From a virus (taxonomy: Duplodnaviria > Caudoviricetes): DNA of 64,000 nt. The position numbers and the translations under genes are program-made. Positions 37,202 to 47,015 of this stretch are shown piece after piece. The notes under the pieces are model-generated. The model did no database searches, was not told the origin of the DNA, and saw nothing but the letters and a program-made list of their open reading frames with translations. The stretch spans positions 1 to 64,000 of the IMG/VR virus record IMGVR_UViG_3300013947_000027. One strand, given 5' to 3'. Each line of letters begins with the position of its first letter. The first letter of the stretch is position 1.

Positions 37202-38497
37202 TTAGCGTTTTCTGAAGGCGTCGTCATGTTCCGACGTCGTTGCTTGAAGTTCTTCATCGGTATACCAAGGAGGATCTTCATCAGGGGGAAAGTCGATTCC
37301 TGCGACGGAGGTGTAAGGTTCGTCTGCTACAAAACGTTCGAAGTCGCCATATTGAGAAATGAAATCGACCGCCTTATCAACAAGAGCTCGATGATAGCTC
37401 TTATCAATATCGTCTTCCTTACCAAGTGTCTTTACTGCTTCAGCTTCAAGCCAGCGATATGGAGTCTTATCAGCTCTAAGAGTACCAGTGACAGAATCAT
37501 ACTTGAGACTTCCATCTTTAGCTTTGCTTTCTCGAACAAGTACCCCACCGCCACAGCCAGGTTTGATTGGGCAGAAGTTACCTACTTTTCCAACAAAGTG
37601 ATAATCATGTTCGCCTTCAGGAAGGTCTTCATTCATGTCAACATAGATAGACGTCTTAACTTCCTTAGCTTCACAGAGATCCTCAAACTCGATTGGTTCT
37701 TTGCTGAACAAAGTCTTGAAGACATATGGAATTTGGAACTGCTTACCAGTCGCAGTCCACATCATGCCTTTCTTTTCAGCCTTGGCATTATCGCTAGGAA
37801 CATATCCATACACGGATTCGCACCATTTTGAGTCTGCGTATTTCGCAATGTAGTCAGCGTCGTTGATCTGACAAATTCGCTCATAGGTGCATTCGTGATC
37901 AAATTTATAAGAATACTTCTCAGCGAATTTCATGCAGAAATCAACGATCTCCTTGTCTGCATTAGCAATTTTGATTGAATCCGTCTTGATCGCTACAATC
38001 TGATAGCCACGACTTTCAACCTCGTCCTGAAGAGTTCGCATAAAGAGAGCCCCCCTCAGGGCTACAATATTATTCTTATTACGAATATCCCTGAACGGAT
38101 TATCAAAGCTTGCAGCAGTAAGACCATAGACGCTGTTGATAGCTATTTTGAGGGCTTGAGCAAGATCCTTCGCAGTAGACTCATCTTCTAGATATGGAGC
38201 AAGTCTACCATTAAGCATCGTACGAGCAGTATCGTAATCACCATGTTTGATTGCTACACGAGCGTCCAGAATATCAGTGAAATTTTTCGTATAGTCGCCA
38301 AAGCAATTCATAGCTCTAATAGAGTTTGGATGAAGTGAGTTTACATCCAACATGGCAACCTTCGTGTAAATACCAGGGAAGGATATAATATAGCCTCCGA
38401 ATCCCATATCTGTTCCGCGATACATATTATGTGACTTTCCATCTTCACCGAATTGCACAAATTCATATCCTGGGAATGCATTAATTACGTCAGCCAT
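37202..38497 (-). CDS. Family B-type DNA polymerase catalytic domain (second piece of the replicase)
   Basis: LDVNSLHP, KIAINSVYG, IKTDS; own RBS (GCGGTGA) and ATG at 38497. Confidence 0.85.
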   Translation of the reverse strand: MADVINAFPGYEFVQFGEDGKSHNMYRGTDMGFGGYIISFPGIYTKVAMLDVNSLHPNSIRAMNCFGDYTKNFTDILDARVAIKHGDYDTARTMLNGRLAPYLEDESTAKDLAQALKIAINSVYGLTAASFDNPFRDIRNKNNIVALRGALFMRTLQDEVESRGYQIVAIKTDSIKIANADKEIVDFCMKFAEKYSYKFDHECTYERICQINDADYIAKYADSKWCESVYGYVPSDNAKAEKKGMMWTATGKQFQIPYVFKTLFSKEPIEFEDLCEAKEVKTSIYVDMNEDLPEGEHDYHFVGKVGNFCPIKPGCGGGVLVRESKAKDGSLKYDSVTGTLRADKTPYRWLEAEAVKTLGKEDDIDKSYHRALVDKAVDFISQYGDFERFVADEPYTSVAGIDFPPDEDPPWYTDEELQATTSEHDDAFRKR

Positions 38498-39008
38498 TAG
38501 CATCACCGCTTTCTACGTATTTGAAATGATAGCCATGATGAGTATGTCTTCTACCGTGCAAGCACTCATGTATATGACCAGGATTTCCATGTATCTTCCT
38601 AGCACAGTCACCGATGCCATCAAATACTTCACCAGTTTCTACTATCATAATCGGCCGCATAGTTTTTTGAATATAATTTGGTGATCTTAGACCCATTTTA
38701 TAGGCGTGCTCCTGATTTTCACTAGAAGTAACCCATTCCAAGTTATCAGCTCGATTGTTCAACTTATTACCATCAATATGATTTACGTATCGTTTATTAA
38801 ATGGATCGGGATTTTCTACAAAAGTTTCTGCGACTAAGCTATGAACACACTGCGAGACATCTTTTTCGGTGCAACCGATCCGCATATATCCTCTCGCATT
38901 CATATATTGATTTAATTCATGCCATTTTCCTCTTTTGCGTCTAAGAATATTTCCTTCATCTGAAATCAAAAAATTATCATGATTTGGATGCTGTTTCCAT
39001 CTACTCAT
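38490..39008 (-). mobile_element. Intact NUMOD4-HNH-NUMOD1 homing endonuclease between the two replicase pieces
   Basis: VHSLVAETF..VNHIDGNKLNNRADNLEW; AAGGAGG RBS. Confidence 0.9.
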
Positions 39009-39027
39009 TTTTAGTCCTCCTTTCTTA

Positions 39028-41796
39028 TTAGTATTGTTCACCTGTAGCAAGATCAGTGTAAACAAGCTTTGGTTTGCGTTCTTTACCAAACACAATTTTA
39101 GTAGTGAGGTTATTTGTAGTATCGTTGACTGTGCCTCCAGCTAAATCTGCAAGAATCTGACGAGCAGTAAAGTCGCCCTTGAGATGATTAAAGACTTTTT
39201 CCGTGGAAATTACATCCCAGTCACAATAAGCAGCTACTTCTTCCCATTTTTCTTCAGGAACGGGTTTGTCCCATGGGAGCCCGAGTTCCTTATGTCCAAT
39301 GTTGAGTTCGATTTCCCATTTTTTAAGAGACATTTTCTTAGCAGCGAAATCGTAAATATCAGTGTAAGAAAGATTATATGCTTCACTGAAGAATGCTTTG
39401 TTGCGATCGCCTTTCTCCGCATTGATGATACTTTGAGACAAATTATATAGCTGTCCGTTGTCATAACCAAGTAGACACGCATACAACATATGATTGTCGT
39501 ATCTTCTGCAATTGTATCCGACTAGCTTAAACTTAAGAAGCTCTTCAATATCCTTAGGTTTCGGATTGATCATTCGAACAACAGGCTTCCCTTCGCCAGC
39601 GACTTTCCAGTTAACCAAGAATAGATTAGAAAATACTTCGCAGTCGAAGAAGACCAACTCATCCTTCTCAGCATCAACTGCCGCCGAAGGTTCTTCTGAC
39701 TTGAACTTCATCTTATTAGCAAGCTTAATGCAGTAATCCGCCTGATTTGTGCTTCCAGCAGCAAAGGCAAAGATCTCATTCTTAAGATCGCTGACATCAT
39801 AGCCAATACCGCTGCTATACGCATCATCAAGTAGTTTCGCAATATAATCTACACTGGGCTTTGTTGCAGCATGATACTCTTTGTTAAGATTTCTCTTAAT
39901 CATTGTGCGCAACATTTTTTCATTTTTAATACCATCCCAATTAATCAAACTCTTATCATCTCCTTTCAACGGCAATCCAGAGCTGATCGTCGCAATAGGA
40001 AGATTGTTACACTTGGTCAACATTCTTCTAAGCGAGCTCTTGCCGGTGAATACTTTGATCTCAATGTCATCATCATAAATGCGACTTAACTTAGTAGGAT
40101 CTCCACTATAAATATAATGGAGATGAATGCCTGCTCCACTCTTGCTCAATTCCGCATATGTAGGAGGCCACTTCTCAGCCGCTTCGAGATTCTTCTGAAA
40201 AGATTTATTGCCAGTTTCATCCCGAATATCAAAGTCAATGACAATATGATTCTCAGGGACCTTAACATAATGCAGTTTCGAAGTGTCCAGTTTAGCAAGA
40301 GTAGACTTTACGTCATCCCATTTCCGAGATGGAGTTTCCTTGGAAGAAGCTTTCTGAGCAAGACAATCAGCGCATTCCTTGTCAAATACGGAAGGCTGAA
40401 CTTCCATTTTGAGCCACTCAGGAATAGGCTTCTCGTCCGTAGCCTCTTTAGTCTCTCCTTCGGATTCCGCAAATTCTTCCGATTTACTCTCACCAGTCTC
40501 AAACTTCTCAGTTCTGAAACCACTGTAATAGCTACGAGCACGCTCACCACTATCGCTAGTAAACCGTTCGTTGAACTCTCGGAAATAGTTCATCAACTCA
40601 GATCTGAAGTGCATCTTCGAGAGCGAATAAGGAACCTTCGCCTCGTCAACGTAGGTCTTATACATCTCCCAAGCAGCCTTCAGTGTCGTTCCGTCATCTC
40701 TCTTGAAAATATGATACGAATCTATCATGAAGTTATAGAAATCGTTGGATGCGCTCATCATCGATGTAGGAATATATTCATCGTACCGGCCGGGATCAGA
40801 CAAATATACTTCCTTACAATGCCAAGCAATCGGACCCAACTCAAACTGAACATGCTTCATGAGCTTGTTATACTCTCGAATAGGAATCTTATTACCAGAC
40901 GGAGTAACATCAATCAGTCGTCTCAAAATACCAGACTTACCATCTGTAATCTTGACAGGCTTATTCGTACCCATAAACAAGAAACAAACGAAACGATTCT
41001 CATACTGAGATTTATGCTTTTCGTTCACGCTCATCCATTCGTGAGAAACCACACTGTTAAGACGAGTATTATCCTCAATCTTAGACAGATCGCCATCATG
41101 CTGAATAGCAACCAGTGGGTTCTTTTTAAATGGTTCAAGCGCAAATTGAGCACTGGCGGAACCAAGAGCCTTAGCATCGAATACTGCATGGTAACCGTCA
41201 AACAGATCCTGAATAATATTCAGAATTGTCGACTTACCTGTACCAGGGCCACCATAGAGAACCAAGAACTTCTGCAGAGTCTTGGAATCTCCAGTAACAA
41301 TGGCGCCGATAGCCCATTCGATCTTATGCCGCTCTTCTTCGGTGTAAAGTGTAGAGATAATTTTCTCATAAGCAGGACAATCGCCAGGCTCAAGAGGGTA
41401 GCTAAGCCTCTTGCTGGAATAATCCTTCTTATTCGTGCCGTCATTAGCAAACAGGAGCTTCTCGTCCAACATATGATAAGAATCTCGAAGCTGCTTCTGA
41501 CAATACTTATGCCAGCCATCAATCACTCCGGTTTCGGCATCTCGCATATAGCAAATCCGTACACTTCCGTCGATTTCGCCCTTATGCTCATCGGCGTACT
41601 TAGTAAGCTCACGGTCTACCAGCTGCACAACGTCCTGCTCGTCCGTAGACCACAAGCCTCGATCTTCGACCCACACAGCATAGAAGTCTCCGCCTCTGAT
41701 CATGAGATCATCCACATGCTTAATTAAGAATTTGGGATAAATTTCTGTATACCCAGGCTTTTTAATGCGAGTCGATACTGTGAAAAAATCGAGCAT
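39028..41796 (-). CDS. SF3 helicase - primase (AEP/prim-pol) - 3'-5' exonuclease fusion
   Basis: GGPGTGKST; VIDFD..SKSGAGIHLHY; FFDCE, GYN..YD, YCDWD. Confidence 0.88.
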   Translation of the reverse strand: MLDFFTVSTRIKKPGYTEIYPKFLIKHVDDLMIRGGDFYAVWVEDRGLWSTDEQDVVQLVDRELTKYADEHKGEIDGSVRICYMRDAETGVIDGWHKYCQKQLRDSYHMLDEKLLFANDGTNKKDYSSKRLSYPLEPGDCPAYEKIISTLYTEEERHKIEWAIGAIVTGDSKTLQKFLVLYGGPGTGKSTILNIIQDLFDGYHAVFDAKALGSASAQFALEPFKKNPLVAIQHDGDLSKIEDNTRLNSVVSHEWMSVNEKHKSQYENRFVCFLFMGTNKPVKITDGKSGILRRLIDVTPSGNKIPIREYNKLMKHVQFELGPIAWHCKEVYLSDPGRYDEYIPTSMMSASNDFYNFMIDSYHIFKRDDGTTLKAAWEMYKTYVDEAKVPYSLSKMHFRSELMNYFREFNERFTSDSGERARSYYSGFRTEKFETGESKSEEFAESEGETKEATDEKPIPEWLKMEVQPSVFDKECADCLAQKASSKETPSRKWDDVKSTLAKLDTSKLHYVKVPENHIVIDFDIRDETGNKSFQKNLEAAEKWPPTYAELSKSGAGIHLHYIYSGDPTKLSRIYDDDIEIKVFTGKSSLRRMLTKCNNLPIATISSGLPLKGDDKSLINWDGIKNEKMLRTMIKRNLNKEYHAATKPSVDYIAKLLDDAYSSGIGYDVSDLKNEIFAFAAGSTNQADYCIKLANKMKFKSEEPSAAVDAEKDELVFFDCEVFSNLFLVNWKVAGEGKPVVRMINPKPKDIEELLKFKLVGYNCRRYDNHMLYACLLGYDNGQLYNLSQSIINAEKGDRNKAFFSEAYNLSYTDIYDFAAKKMSLKKWEIELNIGHKELGLPWDKPVPEEKWEEVAAYCDWDVISTEKVFNHLKGDFTARQILADLAGGTVNDTTNNLTTKIVFGKERKPKLVYTDLATGEQY

Positions 41797-41825
41797 TACA
41801 TTCTGTAGCCTCCTTTCTTATTAGT

Positions 41826-42368
41826 TCACTCTAGACTATTCAAGTACGCCATGAGCTGGTGCCAAATTTCAGCTTCTCTTGCATTGCGTCTCCAACCTCG
41901 AATCGTAAATAACCCGCCTTTACCGTTTCGATCGTACGTACGATTCAACAACCTCCAGATCGCTTCATCGACAGTTCTCTTATTGAAATTGTAATCACTC
42001 ATGGAACTCAGACCTAAACTGCTCACCATATCCCAAAACCATTGAGCAGTTCGATCTCCTTTCTCAGGATTGCACATGATGCGTTCCTCGCATTTAATCG
42101 CTAATGCGACCATCATCTCAAGAACACTGCAGGGCCCATCTAGACAGTATTCCATGCTTTCACAATTATGATAGACGCAATAGCGATATCTGAGTGCAAT
42201 ACCATCTCCTGCTCTGTTCTCATCATATGGAACAAAATAGGTGAACTCAGCATCATGGAGGGATGCAAACAGCTTTCTATACGTGATAGATGGCGCAAAG
42301 CGTCCTCTGCACATAAGCTGATACATCCACTCAAAATAATCAGACTTTATCTGATCTTCAATTCTCAT
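41826..42368 (-). CDS. Conserved phage protein upstream of the replicase
   Basis: DENRA.DG..LR; CSVLEMMVALA; GKGGLF. Confidence 0.7.
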   Translation of the reverse strand: MRIEDQIKSDYFEWMYQLMCRGRFAPSITYRKLFASLHDAEFTYFVPYDENRAGDGIALRYRYCVYHNCESMEYCLDGPCSVLEMMVALAIKCEERIMCNPEKGDRTAQWFWDMVSSLGLSSMSDYNFNKRTVDEAIWRLLNRTYDRNGKGGLFTIRGWRRNAREAEIWHQLMAYLNSLE

Positions 42369-43065
42369 AACGTCCGTAATACGGGTTAGGATTCATCCGA
42401 CGGACTTCCTCATATGTTCGAGGATCTCTTGTGACTTCGTAGTCGATCTCGTTACGCTCGTTTCGAACATAGATGATATCGTCCTGCTCTTCTCCGAAAT
42501 GATCCAGAGCTTCTTCACCGATAGTCTCTTCAATGTCAAGCTGGACGCCCCAACCATCTGCCAACACACCATCGGCGAAATAGTCAAGAGGCTGAGCATT
42601 ATAACCAGGAGGGCTACTGTTGAAATCTTCAGCGGAAATCACATAAGGTCCATCAATGTATGGGAAACCAAGATCGTCCTCATCCCCGTTACCTCCTTCT
42701 TCAGTATTTTCCTCCTTATCATCTGCTTCGTCCTTAGACTCTTCATCTTCAGACTTGCAATACTTGCTCGTAATCTTGTAATACTCAATCATTTCCTTCT
42801 CATGATCGGTAAAGTCACGTTCATCATCGTCAGGATATTCGTCATCTTCCTGTTCAACCTCAGGCTCGTCTTCCTCATCAGCAACGCTGGCCTTGAGCAT
42901 ATCTCTCGTCTTCCTCATCAGGTTCGCATACTCATCCTTAACAGAATCGATCTCTTCCTGAGCAATCTGTTCGTACTTAGTCTTCACGAACTTCCAAGTA
43001 ACTGCGGAGCCAACAGCGGCTCCAACAGCAAACATGAGAATCTTGCATAATGCACTACGATTCAT
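42358..43065 (-). CDS. Membrane-anchored acidic protein
   Basis: N-terminal TM, D/E-rich linker, C-terminal PYVIS..YVRNE domain. Confidence 0.7.
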   Translation of the reverse strand: MNRSALCKILMFAVGAAVGSAVTWKFVKTKYEQIAQEEIDSVKDEYANLMRKTRDMLKASVADEEDEPEVEQEDDEYPDDDERDFTDHEKEMIEYYKITSKYCKSEDEESKDEADDKEENTEEGGNGDEDDLGFPYIDGPYVISAEDFNSSPPGYNAQPLDYFADGVLADGWGVQLDIEETIGEEALDHFGEEQDDIIYVRNERNEIDYEVTRDPRTYEEVRRMNPNPYYGRYEN

Positions 43066-43356
43066 GTTTTCCTCCATTTCATTCAAGATAGATTTGGTCA
43101 TATTCGTCTTTCTCTTCGACTCTAGTTGACAGAACTGTCACCGCTAAGCCTCCTAAAAATATAGAAGTACTTAGCAATATTCCGCCAACTATATGCCTTT
43201 TACTTCTGGTAGCAACTAAATGCTCAATTGTCTGTAACAATCTCTTTGTACGTTCCATTATTAGCTGAGCTCCCTTCGCTTGTTAGAAGGGCCATGCCTG
43301 TAACGAAGCACACGCCCGCTAAAGATGCTAATACACAAGAAACTACAGTTGACTTA

Positions 43357-43602
43357 TTAGTCATATTTATCATCCTTTTTTCGTGGATCACTCGTATTTC
43401 TCAAAAAATATAAGTGATCGCCGATTTTTGTACCACTGAGCATTCCGCACATATACCATGCTCTAATTGTTGCTAAACCAACACCAAACTTAACCGCAGC
43501 CTCTTCTTCATTCATGAGCCAAACAAAAATGCCATCTTTGACGACAATTTCGTTCTCAAGATCATTTTGAAGAATATAGAGTATCAGTTCCTTGCCAGTC
43601 AT
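43357..43602 (-). CDS. Excisionase/MerR-like HTH protein
   Basis: EEAAVKFGVGLATIRAW..G.L. Confidence 0.6.
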   Translation of the reverse strand: MTGKELILYILQNDLENEIVVKDGIFVWLMNEEEAAVKFGVGLATIRAWYMCGMLSGTKIGDHLYFLRNTSDPRKKDDKYD

Positions 43603-43717
43603 CAGATCTCCTCCTTATTTTGACTATCCCGAGGTTTTAAATTGGGAATAACCACGGGAAGTCATACACATCTTGCATCGTGCCTGTTAGACCGAGATTC
43701 GACAGGCGCGGTGAACT

Positions 43718-44656
43718 TCAAATGTAATCGAGGATATTGCCGATGCAGTTGAAGTCAAGAATGATACTCTTCTCACGACCATTGACAAAGTCACATGCCT
43801 TTTCGTTATTCACGTCGAAGATACCGAAGTCGACAAAGTTATCACCGATGGAGTTATCATCAGTGTAAACCCAGCCTGCGATCTGACCATATGCGGTTCT
43901 AGGTGCACCAACCATGTCATAGACTTCATTCAGAGTAAGGATACCGTTCATTTTGAGCTTGTCATTAGCCCAGTTCTGCTGCTGAATCAGGAAGACCTTG
44001 TTCAGTTCAGCGTTTCTAGTCCAACCAGTGTTGCCTTCACAGAACACAATAGAATACATGCTATGTGCTGTATTAGGATCGACTACCTCGACAGTCTTCT
44101 TAACAGTGGTTTCCTTGCCATCTTCGTCAACAACAGTTTCTTCGACTTCCTTAGCCTTAATGCCGAAACGAAGCTCGCGATCAAGATCTTTACCGAATCT
44201 ATCAACTAGGCGACCGCGGTACTCCTTGAAGCTAGTAGCTACATTCGTGAGTGCAGCAGCCAGTGCAATGTTACGCTTACGTAGGATATGGTTGGAGCCA
44301 AGCATACAGCCAATAGAAGCAACACCAAGAGCAACAGACGGACCATAAAGCTTAACGAACTTCAGACCAGTCTGCACATAGGTAATCGTCAGATCCTTCT
44401 TAGCAATTTCCTCAGTATATTCTTCTCCGTCAGAAGTATGGAGACCCTTGCCAACGCTCTCATGGATCTTGTCGATAGTATCCTTGGCTTCATCAACAAT
44501 ATCGTTTACCTTAGTAGTAGCCTTACATGCCATAACTGCACTCGTCACAATACCGACGACGCCAGTAACAGCCAGAATTTCAGGGCTATGCTTCTTGAAC
44601 TTGAAGCCAGCCTTATGGAAAGATCTACTTACCTTGCTAATAAGTTCAGTTTTCAT
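43718..44656 (-). CDS. DUF6353-like membrane-anchored protein, paralogue 1
   Basis: HSPEIL..G.VG..AT.K; LAAA..YR; LNEVY..GW..LDF. Confidence 0.7.
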   Translation of the reverse strand: MKTELISKVSRSFHKAGFKFKKHSPEILAVTGVVGIVTSAVMACKATTKVNDIVDEAKDTIDKIHESVGKGLHTSDGEEYTEEIAKKDLTITYVQTGLKFVKLYGPSVALGVASIGCMLGSNHILRKRNIALAAALTNVATSFKEYRGRLVDRFGKDLDRELRFGIKAKEVEETVVDEDGKETTVKKTVEVVDPNTAHSMYSIVFCEGNTGWTRNAELNKVFLIQQQNWANDKLKMNGILTLNEVYDMVGAPRTAYGQIAGWVYTDDNSIGDNFVDFGIFDVNNEKACDFVNGREKSIILDFNCIGNILDYI

Positions 44657-44691
44657 ATATTTTAATTCTCCTTCTTAATAGATTTAGTTAA

Positions 44692-45336
44692 TCAAAGCGG
44701 CAATGCTCTAGGCATTTCAATCTTGTAGCCATCTCGAGTTCTAACAACTCTTGCATTGCGAATGTTCGTCCAACCATACTTGTTATCTGTGTAGTCACCG
44801 GTGATGCCTACCAGATCGTACAGGTCAGCAACTCGAACTGCGTCATACTGCTCAATCATTTCGTCCATACGAGATAGGACAGACTCTGCTTCTCCACGAG
44901 ATTCAAGAACAATATCATCATAGCTGTAACCAGTTGTAGTTCTGGTATTGCCATAGGACCGTTCGTCTCGTCTACTGATGCTGTTGTAGTCTCTGTAAGA
45001 GACCTTATCAGAAGTGGGGCGCTTACTGCCAGAACCGCCACGACCTCCAAACAGAGTCATATCGAGAGCGCCCACAACAAGGTCGTACAGAGCCTTCTTG
45101 ATGGATGGGACGATCACATCAAATACTACATAATTCTTGACATTAGCTGCGTCTTCCGTGATGAAAACGTCTGTCAGCTTACGTGTATTATTTTTCTTAG
45201 TCTTTACTTTTCCGTGAATGATCTTCTCCGCTCGCTTTCCCTCAGCCAGAGACTGCTTATCGTCACGCTTATTTCGGCTTCCATGGGAGTTGTCAGGCAA
45301 GTTATCATACAGCTTGGTAACATCGGGTTCACCCAT
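44692..45336 (-). CDS. Conserved phage protein
   Basis: C-terminal VADLYDLVG..DNKYGW domain. Confidence 0.7.
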   Translation of the reverse strand: MGEPDVTKLYDNLPDNSHGSRNKRDDKQSLAEGKRAEKIIHGKVKTKKNNTRKLTDVFITEDAANVKNYVVFDVIVPSIKKALYDLVVGALDMTLFGGRGGSGSKRPTSDKVSYRDYNSISRRDERSYGNTRTTTGYSYDDIVLESRGEAESVLSRMDEMIEQYDAVRVADLYDLVGITGDYTDNKYGWTNIRNARVVRTRDGYKIEMPRALPL

Positions 45337-45341
45337 TAAAT

Positions 45342-45539
45342 TTATCCTCCTTCAACAATTTTCAACTTTCCAGGAATAGTAATCTTTGATCTAGGCATTC
45401 TTCCAGTTTCCATTTTGAATTGATATGCCAGATTAGAGCGAGCTTTCTTTTCGGTCGGTGCACGAGTAGAAGCCGACCAACGATCTGCAATGATCCTTTC
45501 AAACTCTAAAACAGGACCATTGTAGTAATATAGGTTCAT
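45342..45539 (-). CDS. Hypothetical protein
   Basis: AGGAG RBS. Confidence 0.6.
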   Translation of the reverse strand: MNLYYYNGPVLEFERIIADRWSASTRAPTEKKARSNLAYQFKMETGRMPRSKITIPGKLKIVEGG

Positions 45540-45666
45540 ATGTCGCTTTCTCCTACAACAAAAAAAGAAAAAGAGGAGAACACCCTGTTACGGATGCTCT
45601 CCACTTGCCGAATTCCAAATAACTTACTGCTCAAAGTAGGTTATCCTTGGAACGCTCTCACGGCTA

Positions 45667-45909
45667 TTACTCGTCAACTACCACGTAGTCTTCTTCCGCC
45701 TCGGCCTTCTGTGCTTCCTTCTTGGCCTTGTACTTGCTGACAAGCTTCTTGCCCAGCTTGATCAGACCGCCAGTAGCGATCGTCAGGCCGGCACCAATCA
45801 GCATTGCCACGCCAGTACTCATGCCAGAGTTCTGCACCTCTTCGACCTCGTCGTTGTTCTCGACTTCCTCGATAGCAGTCTCGTCATAGTTCATGATCTC
45901 GTTTTCCAT
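45667..45909 (-). CDS. Single-TM protein (cassette payload)
   Basis: Motif 45975, RBS, terminator at about 45560-45602. Confidence 0.7.
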   Translation of the reverse strand: MENEIMNYDETAIEEVENNDEVEEVQNSGMSTGVAMLIGAGLTIATGGLIKLGKKLVSKYKAKKEAQKAEAEEDYVVVDE

Positions 45910-45980
45910 AGTTTTTAACTCCTTTTAGAAATAATAATTATTGGTATTTCTGCCATAATAGGGCCTGTAAATTTCGCGAA

Positions 45981-46769
45981 TTATCTACAGCTATTAAATC
46001 CGCGTTTCGGAGCAACCGCATAGTCAATGACAATACAAGGCACACCGTCCGTATCAAGTTGCGCACTAAAATCAAGCTCGATCAATCCACGAGCAACATT
46101 CCAACCAAGATCATCACCAATGCTCACACCATCTAGATCAAGAGCATAGTAGAATTCGTTAAGAGAAATATAATCCTCACCGTTGACCATTTGTCGATTA
46201 AGCTCATTAACATTTCTCTTAATTGTCTCGATGTCAGATACGAATCTTCGCTTAGTGATAGTGTCAAAGCATCGAGTCTTACCGTTCCCACTCACAATAA
46301 TTGTGGAAGGATTTGCAGGTTCTTTCTCGATACGATCCTTAGCAAGCTTCTCACGGATTGTCTGCTCTTTCTTCTCGCCAACAGTCTCAATAACCTTCTG
46401 CTTATACTCTGCAAGCGCAGTTGTGGACAGGTTGTATGCTGTAGCAAGAGCAGCATTGCGCTTAGAATGCACCGAGCTCGCACCAATCAGGCATGCAACA
46501 GAGGTGACACCCGTAATTGCTGCAGGAATGTAGGGTTTCCATGCTGCCTTAACCGTTTCAAGCTTAGTGAGATGATCGTTATGTTCGTTTTCAGCTTTCT
46601 TATCTTCAGCCTCAGCAATAAGATCCAAAGCCTTCGGTGTAGCAGAAACTGCCAGGATTGTTGTGGTGATCATGCCAGCGATACCGAGTCCAGTTAAAAT
46701 CTCTGGACTATGGTTAGATAAAACTGTTTTAACGCTTTTAAACAGTGCTGCCATGTTGGGTTTATTCAT
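45981..46769 (-). CDS. DUF6353-like membrane-anchored protein, paralogue 2
   Basis: HSPEILTGLG..ATPKA..YIP..LNEFY..GW. Confidence 0.7.
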   Translation of the reverse strand: MNKPNMAALFKSVKTVLSNHSPEILTGLGIAGMITTTILAVSATPKALDLIAEAEDKKAENEHNDHLTKLETVKAAWKPYIPAAITGVTSVACLIGASSVHSKRNAALATAYNLSTTALAEYKQKVIETVGEKKEQTIREKLAKDRIEKEPANPSTIIVSGNGKTRCFDTITKRRFVSDIETIKRNVNELNRQMVNGEDYISLNEFYYALDLDGVSIGDDLGWNVARGLIELDFSAQLDTDGVPCIVIDYAVAPKRGFNSCR

Positions 46770-46807
46770 ATACTTTCCTCCTTAAAATTAAAAGTAAAAG
46801 AGCCCGA

Positions 46808-46969
46808 TTAGGACCCTTTTACCTGTTTAGTAGTGACTTCCTTCACTTCTTTAGCGACAGCTTCTTTCATCTCATCGCTAGATATCTTGCTATTGATGAG
46901 GGTAGCAACCCCCGCCAACACAAGTGCTCCAAGCTTAAGACCTGTCTTGATAGCCTTCGTTTTATCCAT
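46808..46969 (-). CDS. 53-aa micropeptide (cassette payload)
   Basis: MDKTKAIKTGLKLGALVLAGVATLINSK...; motif 47010, AAAGGAG RBS. Confidence 0.7.
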   Translation of the reverse strand: MDKTKAIKTGLKLGALVLAGVATLINSKISSDEMKEAVAKEVKEVTTKQVKGS

Positions 46970-47015
46970 GATAGAACACACTCCTTTCCATAATAGTGGC
47001 TGTGAATCTCGCGAA

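Noticed and set aside
38490-39028. Group I intron or intein in the polymerase gene
   Set aside because: Only 19 nt lie upstream and none downstream of the HNH ORF, so there is no space for a ribozyme core; stop codons and separate RBSs rule out an intein
40117-41727. 536-aa plus-strand ORF (and the many other plus-strand ORFs outside 51.8-54.8 kb)
   Set aside because: Antisense shadows of well-supported minus-strand genes
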